Source: Chara braunii (Eukaryota; Plantae; Charophyceae). From it: 64,000 nucleotides of DNA. The stretch is from positions 4,247,321-4,311,320 of the forward strand of contig BFEA01000030.1 of assembly GCA_003427395.1 (NCBI GenBank). The letters are read 5' to 3'. Below, in pieces: positions 63,247 to 64,000 of this stretch. The notes beneath the pieces were generated by a model. The model was given only the letters and a program-made list of their open reading frames with translations. It was not told the origin of the DNA and did no database searches. The translations under genes were made by a program, and so were the position numbers. Position 1 is the first letter of the stretch. The number at the start of each line of letters is the position of its first letter.

Positions 63247-64000
63247 TGAACTCAGTGGAGTTCGCCTGAGAGGGAAGAAATTGGTTTCCACTTACTTAAT
63301 TCTTCTTCTTCGTCGTCGTCGTTGTCGTCGTCGTCGTCGTCGTCTTCTAGTCTTTTCATTCTATTCCACTCTTTATCTCTCTCCCTATCTTATTTTTAAG
63401 TCCAGCAAGTCTTGTTTCATTCATTTATTTATTTATTTTCAACATAAGAACCTATCGGTTCCTACTCCGTATCCATTCCGCGGAGCATCAGTCCGGTTCC
63501 TATTCCACCGGCAAGTCCAAGGCAAATACATCCTTCTTTTTTTTTCTTTTTTTTTTTTTGAAATAAAGGGCTCCGATCCATTCATGGGGAGCAGCACATG
63601 CCGCGAACCGGGCGCAGCGTCCCATATGAAATTTACAACCTATTTAGAACAAAATGTGCTGTTGGAAAGACTGTTGAGATATGGGACGCTGGGCTGTTGG
63701 ATTACCCTGGCACTTGGCCCAGCTTCCCCTGCCAGCATTGATTACCCTGGATGCGAGGGGATTGACTGAGCAGGGTACTATCTGAGAACAGGCACTTGGC
63801 CAACAGGGGAGAAAAAAAACAAACCGACTGAGCTGTTGGAAAGACTGTCGAGATAGAATATACTCACCCTACGCTCCGCCCCAATGAGTCCCCATTGAGG
63901 CTGGGAGGCCCAAGTGGATGGCATCGATCACTTCCCGGGAGTCCAGCAAGTCTTGCATTTTATCGCAATTGAGGTTTTTTAACTTCTTCTTCTTCTTCTT

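Overview
Repeat-dense eukaryotic DNA with no recognisable host protein-coding gene. The plant-type U6 copies, CCCTAAA motifs and element types point to a green-lineage genome; a charophyte such as Chara is my inference, not verified. Large elements: (1) a Penelope-like retroelement (10.5-17.5 kb, minus strand) with the GIY-YIG endonuclease placed before the RT, ~1 kb pseudo-LTRs and a hammerhead ribozyme in each; (2) a full-length but decayed chromovirus-type Ty3/Gypsy element (22.3-31.0 kb, minus) with paired LTRs, PBS and TSD; (3) a full-length L1/Tx1-like LINE (50.2-58.1 kb, plus) inside a foldback element, whose ORF1 ends in a possible Nudix-like domain. Also present are truncated LINEs, two solo LTRs and several MITEs. 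The most unusual signals are a cluster of type III hammerhead ribozyme units joined by (TA)n (40.5-43.0 kb), three U6 snRNA-derived copies sharing an internal insertion (two form a TSD-flanked tandem dimer), and a recurring LINE-tail RNA motif with compensatory base changes. The window has six large N gaps and a Nextera mate-pair adapter artefact.
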